Positions 48,048-57,468 of a stretch of 64,000 nt of DNA are shown piece by piece. The DNA is from Candidatus Bathyarchaeia archaeon (GTDB lineage Archaea > Thermoproteota > Bathyarchaeia > Bathyarchaeales > Bathycorpusculaceae). The notes below the pieces were generated by a model. That model was not told the origin of the DNA. It made no database searches and saw nothing but the letters and a program-made list of their open reading frames with translations. Position numbers and translations under genes: made by a program. Within the stretch, counting starts at the first letter, position 1. The number at the start of each line of letters is the position of its first letter. The stretch is taken from positions 352,001 to 416,000 of the forward strand of contig JBEKOM010000001.1 in assembly GCA_049521795.1 (NCBI GenBank), written 5' to 3'.

Positions 48048-48115
48048 ACGTACCTAAACCCTTTTATTCCGCTGGTTCGCTCTCAAAGAAATTCTGACAT
48101 CAGAAGGAACGTGAA

Positions 48116-48298
48116 ATGGTGAAGATAGTGGTTGACAATGCTAAATGCACAGGCTGTGGAACATGCGTTGATACGTGCCCAGTAGCCGTCTACGAGGTCA
48201 AAGACGGAAAATCGATTCCAGTCAAGCCTGAAGAATGTCTGGTGTGCAGAGCATGCGAAGTCCAGTGCCCAGAGACCGCGATCCAAGTGATCGAGTGA
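48116..48298 (+). CDS. 2[4Fe-4S] ferredoxin
   Basis: CTGCGTCVDTCP and CLVCRACEVQCP. Confidence 0.95.
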   Translation: MVKIVVDNAKCTGCGTCVDTCPVAVYEVKDGKSIPVKPEECLVCRACEVQCPETAIQVIE

Positions 48299-48673
48299 CC
48301 GCGAGCTTTACCTAACTGAAGATCTTTCTCAGAATGCCCAACGTAGATTCCAAGAGCTTTTGTGAACTTTTTCCGCTTCCCTCTTAACCTGTTCAACCTG
48401 CTCTCTTAGCCTTATTCTTGATGGGAAACTCTCAAGCATACACCACAAGGGTTGCCCTTAACTGTGCAAGGGCTAAGGCAGCCTCCCCCCATGTTTTTAA
48501 CAAGAACAAGCCTCATCTATCCGTGTTCTTTCAGGGTGACAAGCCGCTAGCCCTCCTTTTCAGAGCCAACCGCCCTGCTTCCTGATGATCGCGCTGACAA
48601 GCCTCGGAGTTTCAGGATCGTTTGTGCATGGGTCGTGTTTGAGTACCGCGCAGACGAGGCTTCGCGATTCTAT

Positions 48674-50152
48674 TCACTTTGTATCATCTCTTCTTTGTAT
48701 CATCTCTTTCAAAGCGGCTTGGAATTTTTCCTGCACGTATTCATTCAGCGTCTGATGCTTCCTTTTGGCGGCCTGCTTAAGACTCTGGCTCACGCCTGTC
48801 GAGTATTGTACGGCTTTTTTAGGCCTTTCCACTATTTGCTGTGGAAGTCCAAGGTTGCGCGCCAGATTTCTCAGTACAAGCTTTCTCAACGTTGTCTCTG
48901 TTGGCTGAATCTTCAGCTCAATGGGCAGGTCAACAGCAAACCTCGCGACCTCGTATGTTGCAAAGGGCAGTCTCATTTCAACACCGTGAAAGTTGCATAT
49001 CTTCATGTCTCTTTCCAAGTTGCTTTTATGCATCCCAACAACATCTCTGAAGATAGTTTCTTCTGCTTTTTCTCTTCCCTTCCGTATGTAATCGTCGACG
49101 TATCGTCTGTAGCCTGCGAAAAGCTCGTCTGCGCCCTGACCTGCCAACATCACCTTAAGCTTCATTTCTGCCGTTTTCTCTGCCGTCCAGTAGAATGGGA
49201 TACCGATGCTCGCCTTGACGGGGTCGGGTTCCTCAATCAGACATAGGACGATCGGAAGAGCTTCAAGCAAATCATCCTCAGTGAACGAGACGCAGTGAAT
49301 CGGCAGTTTCAGCTCATCCGCCATCTTTTTTGCATGTTCCGTTTCAGACTGGTTTTTCATGCTCGCATGTACCAGTTCGACTCTAACTCCAGACTTGTTG
49401 GCAAGGAACGCTAGAATGCTGCTGTCCAGACCTCCTGAAAACGCGACTGCCACTTCCTTTAAACCTGCAACTCTCTCCCTAACGGCTCGTTCCAATAGAG
49501 TTCGGAGTCTTCTCGAAGCAGTTTCCATCGTTATGCTTCTTGGCTCTGAGTAGGCAACTGTCCTTGCCTGAATGAACTTGAAGCCGCGTTCGTCTATTAG
49601 AGCCAAGTGGCCTGGAGGGAACGATTCCACGCGTTCTATTCCGATTTTCCATAATGCCTTGCGTTCAGAAGCCAAACCCGCGGAAAGAGTGTCCTCCCCA
49701 TAGTAGAGCGGGCGTACACCCAAAATGTCTCTGCCCACGATGAGCCTTTCTGTTTCAGCAACTGCAAAGGCATAGTCGCCTTCGGCTTGCTTGATGAATG
49801 TCCTAGCGCTTTTCTCTCGATCTCTCGGTAACCTCAGGGCAAAGACTTCTGCATCACTCTTCAGTTCGTTTGCTGGAAAGATTCTGCCATCAAAAACTAG
49901 ACTTGCGCCTTCTAGCTTCAAAGGTTGAGGCCTGTCTCGCTTGAAAATTCTGGAGAAAGCATACCCAATAAGGATCGGCGATTCCATTTTTCGGTTCTGA
50001 AATTGATCTAGGGCCTTCCCCGTTTCTATCATGCCTTCTGAGCCAAGTCCGTAAGCTTCCAGGTTCGGGGTTTTCATTGTTTTGAGCATGGTCAACGCTG
50101 TTCCTGTTGCATCCTCACCTTTCTTGTGAAGAACAGCGATTATCGCGCCCAT
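48674..50152 (-). CDS. asnB: Asparagine synthetase B-like protein lacking the N-terminal Cys
   Basis: RDILGVRPLYY, AFSGGLDSS, GQGADELFAGY and RPKKAVQY; N-terminus MGAII. Confidence 0.8.
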   Translation of the reverse strand: MGAIIAVLHKKGEDATGTALTMLKTMKTPNLEAYGLGSEGMIETGKALDQFQNRKMESPILIGYAFSRIFKRDRPQPLKLEGASLVFDGRIFPANELKSDAEVFALRLPRDREKSARTFIKQAEGDYAFAVAETERLIVGRDILGVRPLYYGEDTLSAGLASERKALWKIGIERVESFPPGHLALIDERGFKFIQARTVAYSEPRSITMETASRRLRTLLERAVRERVAGLKEVAVAFSGGLDSSILAFLANKSGVRVELVHASMKNQSETEHAKKMADELKLPIHCVSFTEDDLLEALPIVLCLIEEPDPVKASIGIPFYWTAEKTAEMKLKVMLAGQGADELFAGYRRYVDDYIRKGREKAEETIFRDVVGMHKSNLERDMKICNFHGVEMRLPFATYEVARFAVDLPIELKIQPTETTLRKLVLRNLARNLGLPQQIVERPKKAVQYSTGVSQSLKQAAKRKHQTLNEYVQEKFQAALKEMIQRRDDTK

Positions 50153-50244
50153 TCCAGAAGGCCTTCCGGCTCGTGATGGTATGTAGTAGTTCGGTAAAAC
50201 ATTAATCTTTAATCGATGTAGTTTAGTTCGAGGGATTTGCAGCC

Positions 50245-51612
50245 TTGCCGATTCTCCCGATTGATACAGGTCGTTACGGAACAGCGGAAATGAGGAGAAT
50301 TTTCGAAGAAGAGACTCGCGTGCAAAAAATGCTCGATGTTGAAGCCGCTCTGGCGTGGGCGCACGCTGAGGTCGGTGACATACCGCGAGAGGACGCCGAG
50401 AAGATTGAGGCGACTGCTTCGCTGAAACATGTGAAACTTACCCGCATCAAGGAGATTGAACATGAAATAAAGCATGATGTCGCTTCGCTCGTCAGAGCTT
50501 TGGCAGAGGCCTGCGGTTCAAGCGGAGCGTATGTTCACCTTGGAGCCACGAGCTACGACATCGTGGACACGGCGAACGCTTTGCAGTTGAAGGCCGCTCT
50601 GGAATTGATCGAGAAAAAAGTGGACAGCTTCGAAAAAACGTTGATCGACAAGACTTTGCAGTACAAGCACACGTTGATGATGGGCCGGACACACGGCCAG
50701 CACGCTTTGCCGATAACCTTGGGTTTCAAGTTCGCGGTTTGGACGCGGGAAGTTTCAAGGCATATACAGAGACTTAGAGAGTGCAGTGGGCGCGTTTTGG
50801 TTGGAAAGATGAGCGGTGCCGTGGGCACGCAGGCCGGTCTGGGGGAGCACGCGATGAAGATTCAGGAGCTTGTCATGCAGAAGCTGGGCATGAATACCGC
50901 CGACATTTCAACGCAGATTGTGCAGCGAGATCGTTATGCTGAACTTGCATGCGTGTTGGCTTTGATTGCATCTTCGCTCGAGAATTTTGCCTCCGAAATT
51001 CGAGAGTTGCAGAGGCCCGAGATCGGTGAACTCTCTGAGTATTTCGAGCCTGAGAAGCAGGTTGGAAGTTCGACGATGTCTCAAAAGCGAAACCCCGAGC
51101 TGTGTGAAAGAGTCTGCGGCTTGGCTCGAATCGTGAGAAGCCTCGTGGCGCCAGCTTTGGAAGACGTTACAACTTGGCATGAACGAGACTTGACTCAATC
51201 ATCCACTGAACGTTTTCTTCTTCCAGAGACGTGTATCTTGACTGACTACCTGCTGTTCTTGATGAATAACATAGTGAGCAGCTTGCGGGTTGACGAGGAA
51301 CGCATGCTCAAGAACATGGAGGTAACTCAGGGGCGCTTCATGTCGGAGGCCATCATGATGGCGCTTACAAGAAAGGGTATGAGTCGACAAGCAGCTCATG
51401 AGCTTCTCAGGAAACTGACCATAAAAAGCGAGCTTCAAAACCGAGGTTTCCGGGAAGTTCTTCTCGAAGACTCTGCAGTAAGTCAGAAGCTGGGAAAGAG
51501 AGGGATCGACGCAGCCTTGAACCCGAAGAACTACTTGGGCACGGCGACGAGGCAAGTTGACCTTATGGTCAAGAAGACGAAGAATGAGCGTAAGAGCAGA
51601 GGCCAGGCATGA
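50245..51612 (+). CDS. purB: Adenylosuccinate lyase
   Basis: HLGATSYD, GRTHGQHA and GSSTMSQKRNP. Confidence 0.95.
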   Translation: MPILPIDTGRYGTAEMRRIFEEETRVQKMLDVEAALAWAHAEVGDIPREDAEKIEATASLKHVKLTRIKEIEHEIKHDVASLVRALAEACGSSGAYVHLGATSYDIVDTANALQLKAALELIEKKVDSFEKTLIDKTLQYKHTLMMGRTHGQHALPITLGFKFAVWTREVSRHIQRLRECSGRVLVGKMSGAVGTQAGLGEHAMKIQELVMQKLGMNTADISTQIVQRDRYAELACVLALIASSLENFASEIRELQRPEIGELSEYFEPEKQVGSSTMSQKRNPELCERVCGLARIVRSLVAPALEDVTTWHERDLTQSSTERFLLPETCILTDYLLFLMNNIVSSLRVDEERMLKNMEVTQGRFMSEAIMMALTRKGMSRQAAHELLRKLTIKSELQNRGFREVLLEDSAVSQKLGKRGIDAALNPKNYLGTATRQVDLMVKKTKNERKSRGQA

Positions 51613-51835
51613 GTAAGTACTCGTATGACGCTCGTTGACTTATCCCTAAATTCGCCAAAAATGCGAAACTGAAAGCATATACATTTTGCATATACAGTCG
51701 ACGAGCATCGTTGAAAACGGTGAGGTTGTTCAGGTTGGATGCGGAGCCGTATGGCCGGTTCAAGTGGGCACGCATAATAAAGGGACGAGGCAGCGAGCGA
51801 AAACGAAGGAACAGTACTCAGGAGAGCCGCGGTTG

Positions 51836-54100
51836 CTAGTATTCAGTGAGCGCTTTCTGTTTCCATTCGTCTTCTCTTTCGAGCTTTTCCCATGTTTCTT
51901 TTTTCACGAAGCCGCCGACCTGCTCCTTTATCTTCTTAGCCAGCCTGGGTCCGATGAGCGGCAGGTTTTGAAGTTCGTCAATCGGGACGCGTTTGATGTC
52001 ATCAATCGTTTTATACCCAGAGTTGAAGAGGGTGCGGCCGCGGACTCTTCCGACTCCTTCAAGCTTCACAAGCGGCAGCAGCTCTTTCTTAACTCCTTTT
52101 TCAACTCTCTGCTGAGTTTCAAGAGTTTGCGGTAAAGCCTGTTTGTTGCCGAATAGAAGAGCCAGCTCATGTGTGGCGTGAAGTAGCCACTTCGCATTTT
52201 CAAGCGTTCTGTAGAGGTCGCCGGGCTGCACCTTGAAATTTTCGATCAGCCAATCTTCGCTCGTCTCTTCGATCCATGCTTTAAGTGTCATGGCCGTTTT
52301 GACTTCGCCGAGAAATTCTTCGTAGGATATTCTGTCTTCCCATTCGTCTGGAGGGGGTGTAAGGAACTCTTCCTTGTGTTCCTCCATGAACAGTATCACT
52401 TGGTCCATTTCGCTCGTGTAGGGTCTCAGCACGGGGCCCATGTCAGGCGTGTGAGAGATCATGTGCAGGAGGCTCACGTCTGTCAGGAATGCGGGTTTTT
52501 TATTCAGTGCATCGCGGATTATGACGGCTGAGACTGGGTCTATGTAGAGTTCGCTGACGCGTTTTCCAAACTTTGTTGCGTTGATGTTTTCAGCGAGGAC
52601 TTCGATCATCTCCTCGTCGTACAGGTACTTGAGGATCTTCGCGATTATGCTCTTGATCGCGTCTATGTCGTACTGGTAAGCGTAGAAGGTCTTGCCGAAG
52701 AACTCGTAGATTCCGTTTTCCGTGTGTGCGAAGTCTGCGGCGATCGTTGCGAGCACGTGAGACCGCATTATCCTCTCAACTGCGAGCCGTGACCAAATGC
52801 GCTCTGGTTTTGCGAGGATGTAGCTTTCAATAAGATAGTCTGCTTCGTCGCTGGTCTTGGCTACGAGTATGGCTTCACCTGTCTTGTCGTATTTTGGTCT
52901 TCCAGCTCTGCCAGCCATCTGTTTATACTCTAACACGCTGATTGGGTAGTAGCCGTACCCGGCCTCATAGCGTCTGTAATCTTGGACGATAACCGTTCTG
53001 GCAGGAAGGTTCACGCCGAAGGCGAGCGTTGGCGTAGCCGTCAGCACCTTTATTTTTCCCTCTCGAAAAGAATCTTCTACTATTCTTCGATGTCCACCAG
53101 CTAGGCCCGCGTGGTGAAACGCCGTACCACACCTGACCAGTTCGGCGAGGGATTCGCCGAGCCTTGTTCTCTCTCCCGTCGACATGATTCTTTCTGCTTC
53201 GTGTTCTAGAGAACGTCTTGCGGGTTTAGATAGGACTCCGACAACTTCACTCGCCATCTTCTTAGCAAGTATCACCGCATTTTTCCGCGTTGCCGCGAAG
53301 ACCAAAGCTTGGCCTCCTGTCTTGATAGTGTTCAGTGCCAAGTTTGTGACGGCATCTCTTGCTCTCTTTTCTATTTTCCTGGCGTCGCCGTCTTTGTACT
53401 GAATCTCCTCGTGGAGCAAGACTCCTTCCTTTAAAGTTACGGGGCGCCACTCAGTAGTGACGTGCTGTGCCTTGAGCCATCCTGCGATTTCATCCACGTT
53501 GTTTATCGTTGCGCTCAAGGCTAAGATTTGAACATCTGGGTTGACCTGCATGAGCCTCGCTAAGACAACTTCGAGAGTTGGCCCTCGCTCAGCTTCATTT
53601 AGCAGGTGCACTTCGTCGGCGACCACGAGACTGATTTCGTCCATCCACTTGGCCCTGTGTCTCAGAAGCGAGTCTGCCTTCTCGTTCGTGGTTATGATTA
53701 TGTCATACCTCTCCAGCCATTGGTCTGTGCTGTCAAAGTCGCCCGTGCTTATGCCTATTCTGACTCTTCTTCCATCTTTCTTCGTGATCGTCGCGTATTT
53801 TCTGAATTCATCGAACTTTTCACTCGCCAAAGCTCTAAGCGGCGTCAGGTAGATGGTCTTCCCATTCTTCTCCAAGAGGTGTTTGAGGGCGCAAAACTCG
53901 GCGACGAGAGTTTTTCCAGAAGCCGTCGGGCTTGCTAGAACGAGGTTTTTTCCTTCAAGAGCTCCGGCTCTTATGGCTTCTTCCTGCGGAGGGTAAAGTT
54001 CAACGATTCCAGACCTGATTACGAGTTCTTTAACGGTTTCTGGTATGGGTAAGTCCGTTACCTTCACTCTGATGCGCCTATGTTTTCTGTTAGACACCAT
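51836..54100 (-). CDS. hel308: Ski2-like DNA helicase Hel308
   Basis: PTASGKT, DEVH, FHHAGL, QMAGRAGRP and C-terminal HhH. Confidence 0.92.
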   Translation of the reverse strand: MVSNRKHRRIRVKVTDLPIPETVKELVIRSGIVELYPPQEEAIRAGALEGKNLVLASPTASGKTLVAEFCALKHLLEKNGKTIYLTPLRALASEKFDEFRKYATITKKDGRRVRIGISTGDFDSTDQWLERYDIIITTNEKADSLLRHRAKWMDEISLVVADEVHLLNEAERGPTLEVVLARLMQVNPDVQILALSATINNVDEIAGWLKAQHVTTEWRPVTLKEGVLLHEEIQYKDGDARKIEKRARDAVTNLALNTIKTGGQALVFAATRKNAVILAKKMASEVVGVLSKPARRSLEHEAERIMSTGERTRLGESLAELVRCGTAFHHAGLAGGHRRIVEDSFREGKIKVLTATPTLAFGVNLPARTVIVQDYRRYEAGYGYYPISVLEYKQMAGRAGRPKYDKTGEAILVAKTSDEADYLIESYILAKPERIWSRLAVERIMRSHVLATIAADFAHTENGIYEFFGKTFYAYQYDIDAIKSIIAKILKYLYDEEMIEVLAENINATKFGKRVSELYIDPVSAVIIRDALNKKPAFLTDVSLLHMISHTPDMGPVLRPYTSEMDQVILFMEEHKEEFLTPPPDEWEDRISYEEFLGEVKTAMTLKAWIEETSEDWLIENFKVQPGDLYRTLENAKWLLHATHELALLFGNKQALPQTLETQQRVEKGVKKELLPLVKLEGVGRVRGRTLFNSGYKTIDDIKRVPIDELQNLPLIGPRLAKKIKEQVGGFVKKETWEKLEREDEWKQKALTEY

Positions 54101-54216
54101 TAGCGCTGGGATAGTTTAAAGCGTTGTGTGCGGAGCGATTTCTCTTCTGGGTTACGCTTTTCTATCAGGACCAGTGAATACTAGAAGGTGACCACGAAGG
54201 AAGAGCTGAGCAGCGT

Positions 54217-55440
54217 ATGGTTGAAAACGTTAAGGAACTGTTGAAGGCACACAAGGGGCTGAAACGTGAAGTGTACTTGGACATCGAGAACTCAAGCGCC
54301 GTCCCAACGGATGTCGTTGACGCGATGGTGCCGTATTACGGCCGACTTGCCTATGGAAACCCCACTTTGACGCACAAGCCGGGCTGGGAAGCGTTCGAAA
54401 CGATAATGGAATCGTCGCAGAAGATAGCGTCCTTCCTCAAGTGCAAGAGTGCGGAGGAGGTGAACTTCACGCCAGGAGAAACCGAAGCCAACAACTTGGC
54501 AATAATGGGAACCGCCCTTGCAATCAGGGAAAAAGCCAGGAAGATCGTGGTTTCAGAAGTCGAGCCCATAAACGTCTTGCACGTTGTTGAGATGCTTCAG
54601 AAAAGCGGTTTCACGGCAACGAAGATTCCAGTTGACACTGAAGGCTTCTTTAACCTTGACAGACTAGGCGAAGCCATCGACCACGAAACTGCCCTCGTGA
54701 GCTTGTCGACGGTGAACCATGAGATAGGCACAGTTCAACCGATAAAGGAGGCAGTGGAGATAGTTAGTGACAAGAACAAGGAAACCGTCTTTCACACGGA
54801 CGCTTCGGACGCGTACGGCAAAGTCCCGTTCGACGTGCGAGACCTAGGCGTTGACATGGCGACGGTCAGCAGCTACAAGATTTTGGGACCGAGAGGAATG
54901 GGCTGCCTGTACGTGAAGGAAGGCGTTGAATTGGAAAGAATCTTGGAAGGGCAGATAGGAACGCAGAGGCTCTGGCCTGGAGTAGAGAATACGCCTTTGA
55001 TCGTCGGTTTCACGAGGGCGTCTGAGCTTATTTTCCAAGATTTTGAAGAGACCGTTGGGAGAATAGAGAAGCTTCGGGACAAGCTTATCGACGGCATAAG
55101 AAGCAGAGTGGCGGACATCGAGCTTAACGGTCCCGTTGGAGCGAGGCGGGCTCCTGACAACGCGAACATAAGCTTCCTAAGATGCGAGGGAGAAGCTCTG
55201 ACGATAGAGCTTAGTCTCAGCGGCGTCTACGTTTCAAGCGGAAGCGCCTGCTCAAGAAGGCTGCTGCAGCCCAGCCACGTTCTGGTTGCGATAGGCAGAA
55301 AGTTCGACCAAGCTCACGGTAGCCTACTGATGAAGGTTTCAAGGGTTCACACCGAGGAAGACATAAATTATGCCTTGGAAGTAATTCCCAAGGCTGTTGA
55401 TCGAATAAGAGGCATAACCGGTTCTACAGGAGCTGAATAG
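54217..55440 (+). CDS. iscS: Group I cysteine desulfurase-like protein (IscS/NifS, divergent)
   Basis: GNP, GETEANN, NHEIG, SSYKILGP and SSGSACS. Confidence 0.8.
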   Translation: MVENVKELLKAHKGLKREVYLDIENSSAVPTDVVDAMVPYYGRLAYGNPTLTHKPGWEAFETIMESSQKIASFLKCKSAEEVNFTPGETEANNLAIMGTALAIREKARKIVVSEVEPINVLHVVEMLQKSGFTATKIPVDTEGFFNLDRLGEAIDHETALVSLSTVNHEIGTVQPIKEAVEIVSDKNKETVFHTDASDAYGKVPFDVRDLGVDMATVSSYKILGPRGMGCLYVKEGVELERILEGQIGTQRLWPGVENTPLIVGFTRASELIFQDFEETVGRIEKLRDKLIDGIRSRVADIELNGPVGARRAPDNANISFLRCEGEALTIELSLSGVYVSSGSACSRRLLQPSHVLVAIGRKFDQAHGSLLMKVSRVHTEEDINYALEVIPKAVDRIRGITGSTGAE

Positions 55441-55441
55441 A

Positions 55442-55942
55442 TTGTCCCGTGCCCCTTTGCCGTACAACCCGAAGATACTAGAGTTGTTCAAGAACCCGAA
55501 GAACCTCGGGAAAATGGAGGACGCCAGCATATCAGCCGTTGCAGGAAACCCCATGTGTGGAGACATGATAACCTTCTACCTGAAAATCAGCGACGAAGGC
55601 GTAATAGAGAAGGCATCTTTCGAGAGCTACGGCTGCGCAGCGAACATAGCCACGTCGAGCATAGTCACCGAGATGATCAAAGGCATGAAGCTTGAAGACG
55701 CGTGGAAAGTGTCCTACAAGAGCGTGGCAGAAGCCGTAGGCGGGTTGCCGACAGTCAAGTTTCACTGCGGCATCTTAGCCGTGGGAGCCTTGAAGAGAGC
55801 GTTAAGGAAATACTTCGAGAAGATAGGGGCTTCACCGAGCTGGTTGCAGAAAGAGCCGAGCTTCGAGGAAAAACAGGCTCTAGAAGAGGAACAACTTGCA
55901 AAGATGCTTGAGAAAAGAATGAAAGCGGCAGAAGGAAAATAA
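55442..55942 (+). CDS. iscU: Fe-S scaffold protein IscU
   Basis: NPKNLG, GNPMCGD, YGCAA and KFHC. Confidence 0.92.
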   Translation: MSRAPLPYNPKILELFKNPKNLGKMEDASISAVAGNPMCGDMITFYLKISDEGVIEKASFESYGCAANIATSSIVTEMIKGMKLEDAWKVSYKSVAEAVGGLPTVKFHCGILAVGALKRALRKYFEKIGASPSWLQKEPSFEEKQALEEEQLAKMLEKRMKAAEGK

Positions 55943-57180
55943 TGTTAGACCCCCACGAGGTTCGGAAAGATTTTCCAATTCTCAAACGCGAGATAAACGA
56001 TCACCCCCTCATCTACTTCGACAACGCAGCTACCACACAGAAGCCGAGACAAGTGATCGACGCCATCGAGAATTTTTACGAAAACCACAACGGCCCCGTT
56101 CACAGAGCCGTATACACTCTCTCTCAGGAGGCTTCTGAAACCTATGAAAACGCCCACGAAGAAGTTGCCAACTTCATAAACGCAAAAGGGATGGAAGAGA
56201 TAATCTTCGTCAGAGGCACAACTGAGGCCATAAACCTGGTTGCCTACGCTTGGGGACTTCGGAACCTGAAAAGAGACGATGAGATTGTCCTTTCTTTGAT
56301 GGAGCACCACAGCGACATAGTTCCCTGGGAGATAATCTCGAAGATTAAAGGGTTCAAGATCAGATATATCGAAGTGAACAGCGACGGAACGTTGAACCAC
56401 GAGTCTTTTGAACGACTCGTCTCCCAAAAGACCAAGATGGTCTGCCTATGTCACGTTTCAAACGTAACAGGGATAATAAACGATGTGAAGAGAATCGCGA
56501 AAACAGCGCATGAGCACGGAGCCCTCATGCTGGTGGACGGGGCTCAGTCTGTTCCACACATGCCGGTGAACGTTAAAGATTTGGACGCAGATTTTGTTGC
56601 CTTCTCAGGCCACAAGATGCTTGGACCAACAGGCATCGGAGTCCTCTACGGGAAACGTGAGGTCCTTGAGAAGCTGGAACCCTTTCAAGGCGGGGGCTCG
56701 ATGATAAGGGAGGTTTCCTTCAACAAAAAAACAAAGAGCTGCTCAATAACTTGGAACGCTTTGCCCTGGAAGTTTGAAGCGGGAACACCGAACGTCGGCG
56801 GAGCCGTTGGACTCCTGGAAGCTGTGAGATACCTCAAAGGGATCGGCATGGAGAACGTGAAGAAGCATGAAGAAACGTTAACAAAGTATGCTCTACCTCG
56901 AATGCAAGATTGCTGCAGGGAGCTCGAAGTCTACGGAACCAAAGAAGCATCCAGCAAGTGCGGAATAATTCCGTTCGGCGTCAAGGGTCTAAGCTCGCAT
57001 GATATTGCCTTGTTCCTCGACAACTACGGCATAATGGTGAGAAGCGGTTTTCACTGCGCCCAACCCTTGCACGAACTTTTCAAAATAAACTCGTCAGCAA
57101 GAGTGAGCTTCTACATCTACAACACACGCGAAGAAATTGACACGTTCATAGAAGTCTTGAAGGAGATCGTTCAGTTCTAA
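55942..57180 (+). CDS. sufS: Group II cysteine desulfurase SufS
   Basis: YFDNAAT, MEHHS, FSGHKMLGPTG, FEAGTP and RSGFHCAQP. Confidence 0.92.
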   Translation: MLDPHEVRKDFPILKREINDHPLIYFDNAATTQKPRQVIDAIENFYENHNGPVHRAVYTLSQEASETYENAHEEVANFINAKGMEEIIFVRGTTEAINLVAYAWGLRNLKRDDEIVLSLMEHHSDIVPWEIISKIKGFKIRYIEVNSDGTLNHESFERLVSQKTKMVCLCHVSNVTGIINDVKRIAKTAHEHGALMLVDGAQSVPHMPVNVKDLDADFVAFSGHKMLGPTGIGVLYGKREVLEKLEPFQGGGSMIREVSFNKKTKSCSITWNALPWKFEAGTPNVGGAVGLLEAVRYLKGIGMENVKKHEETLTKYALPRMQDCCRELEVYGTKEASSKCGIIPFGVKGLSSHDIALFLDNYGIMVRSGFHCAQPLHELFKINSSARVSFYIYNTREEIDTFIEVLKEIVQF

Positions 57181-57449
57181 TGGCCAGTTTAGAGGACTAC
57201 GTCGCTAGGGTTGAGGGCACGTGCGGAAAGGAAAAAGACGTCATAGTCATGTTCAAGTATGAGAAGAAGGATGAAGCAGTCCAGAAAATTCTGAGGAAAG
57301 CCACGGTGAAGAAGTCCATCGCTGGAATAGTCTTCGAGCTGGCTTTCAGAAACTACTCTTTTCGGCTTTACGGGAGCGGCAAGGCCATTGTTAGAGGTTT
57401 AGAGAACAAGGAAGAGTTAAACGCCCTTCTGTCTGCGTTACTTCTGTGA
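57180..57449 (+). CDS. Small hypothetical protein coupled to sufS
   Basis: 1-bp overlap with sufS; RVEGTCG and FRLYGSGKAIVRG. Confidence 0.7.
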   Translation: MASLEDYVARVEGTCGKEKDVIVMFKYEKKDEAVQKILRKATVKKSIAGIVFELAFRNYSFRLYGSGKAIVRGLENKEELNALLSALLL

Positions 57450-57468
57450 CACGGGGCGACGGAGCAGT

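Noticed and set aside
48300-48673. RNase P RNA, SRP RNA or hammerhead ribozyme (CTGATGA at 48582)
   Set aside because: No P4 consensus pair, no SRP helix-8 motif and no correctly placed GAAA/stem II.
48490-48673. UGA read-through extension of asnB
   Set aside because: It would need two UGA recodings and the product has no convincing motif.
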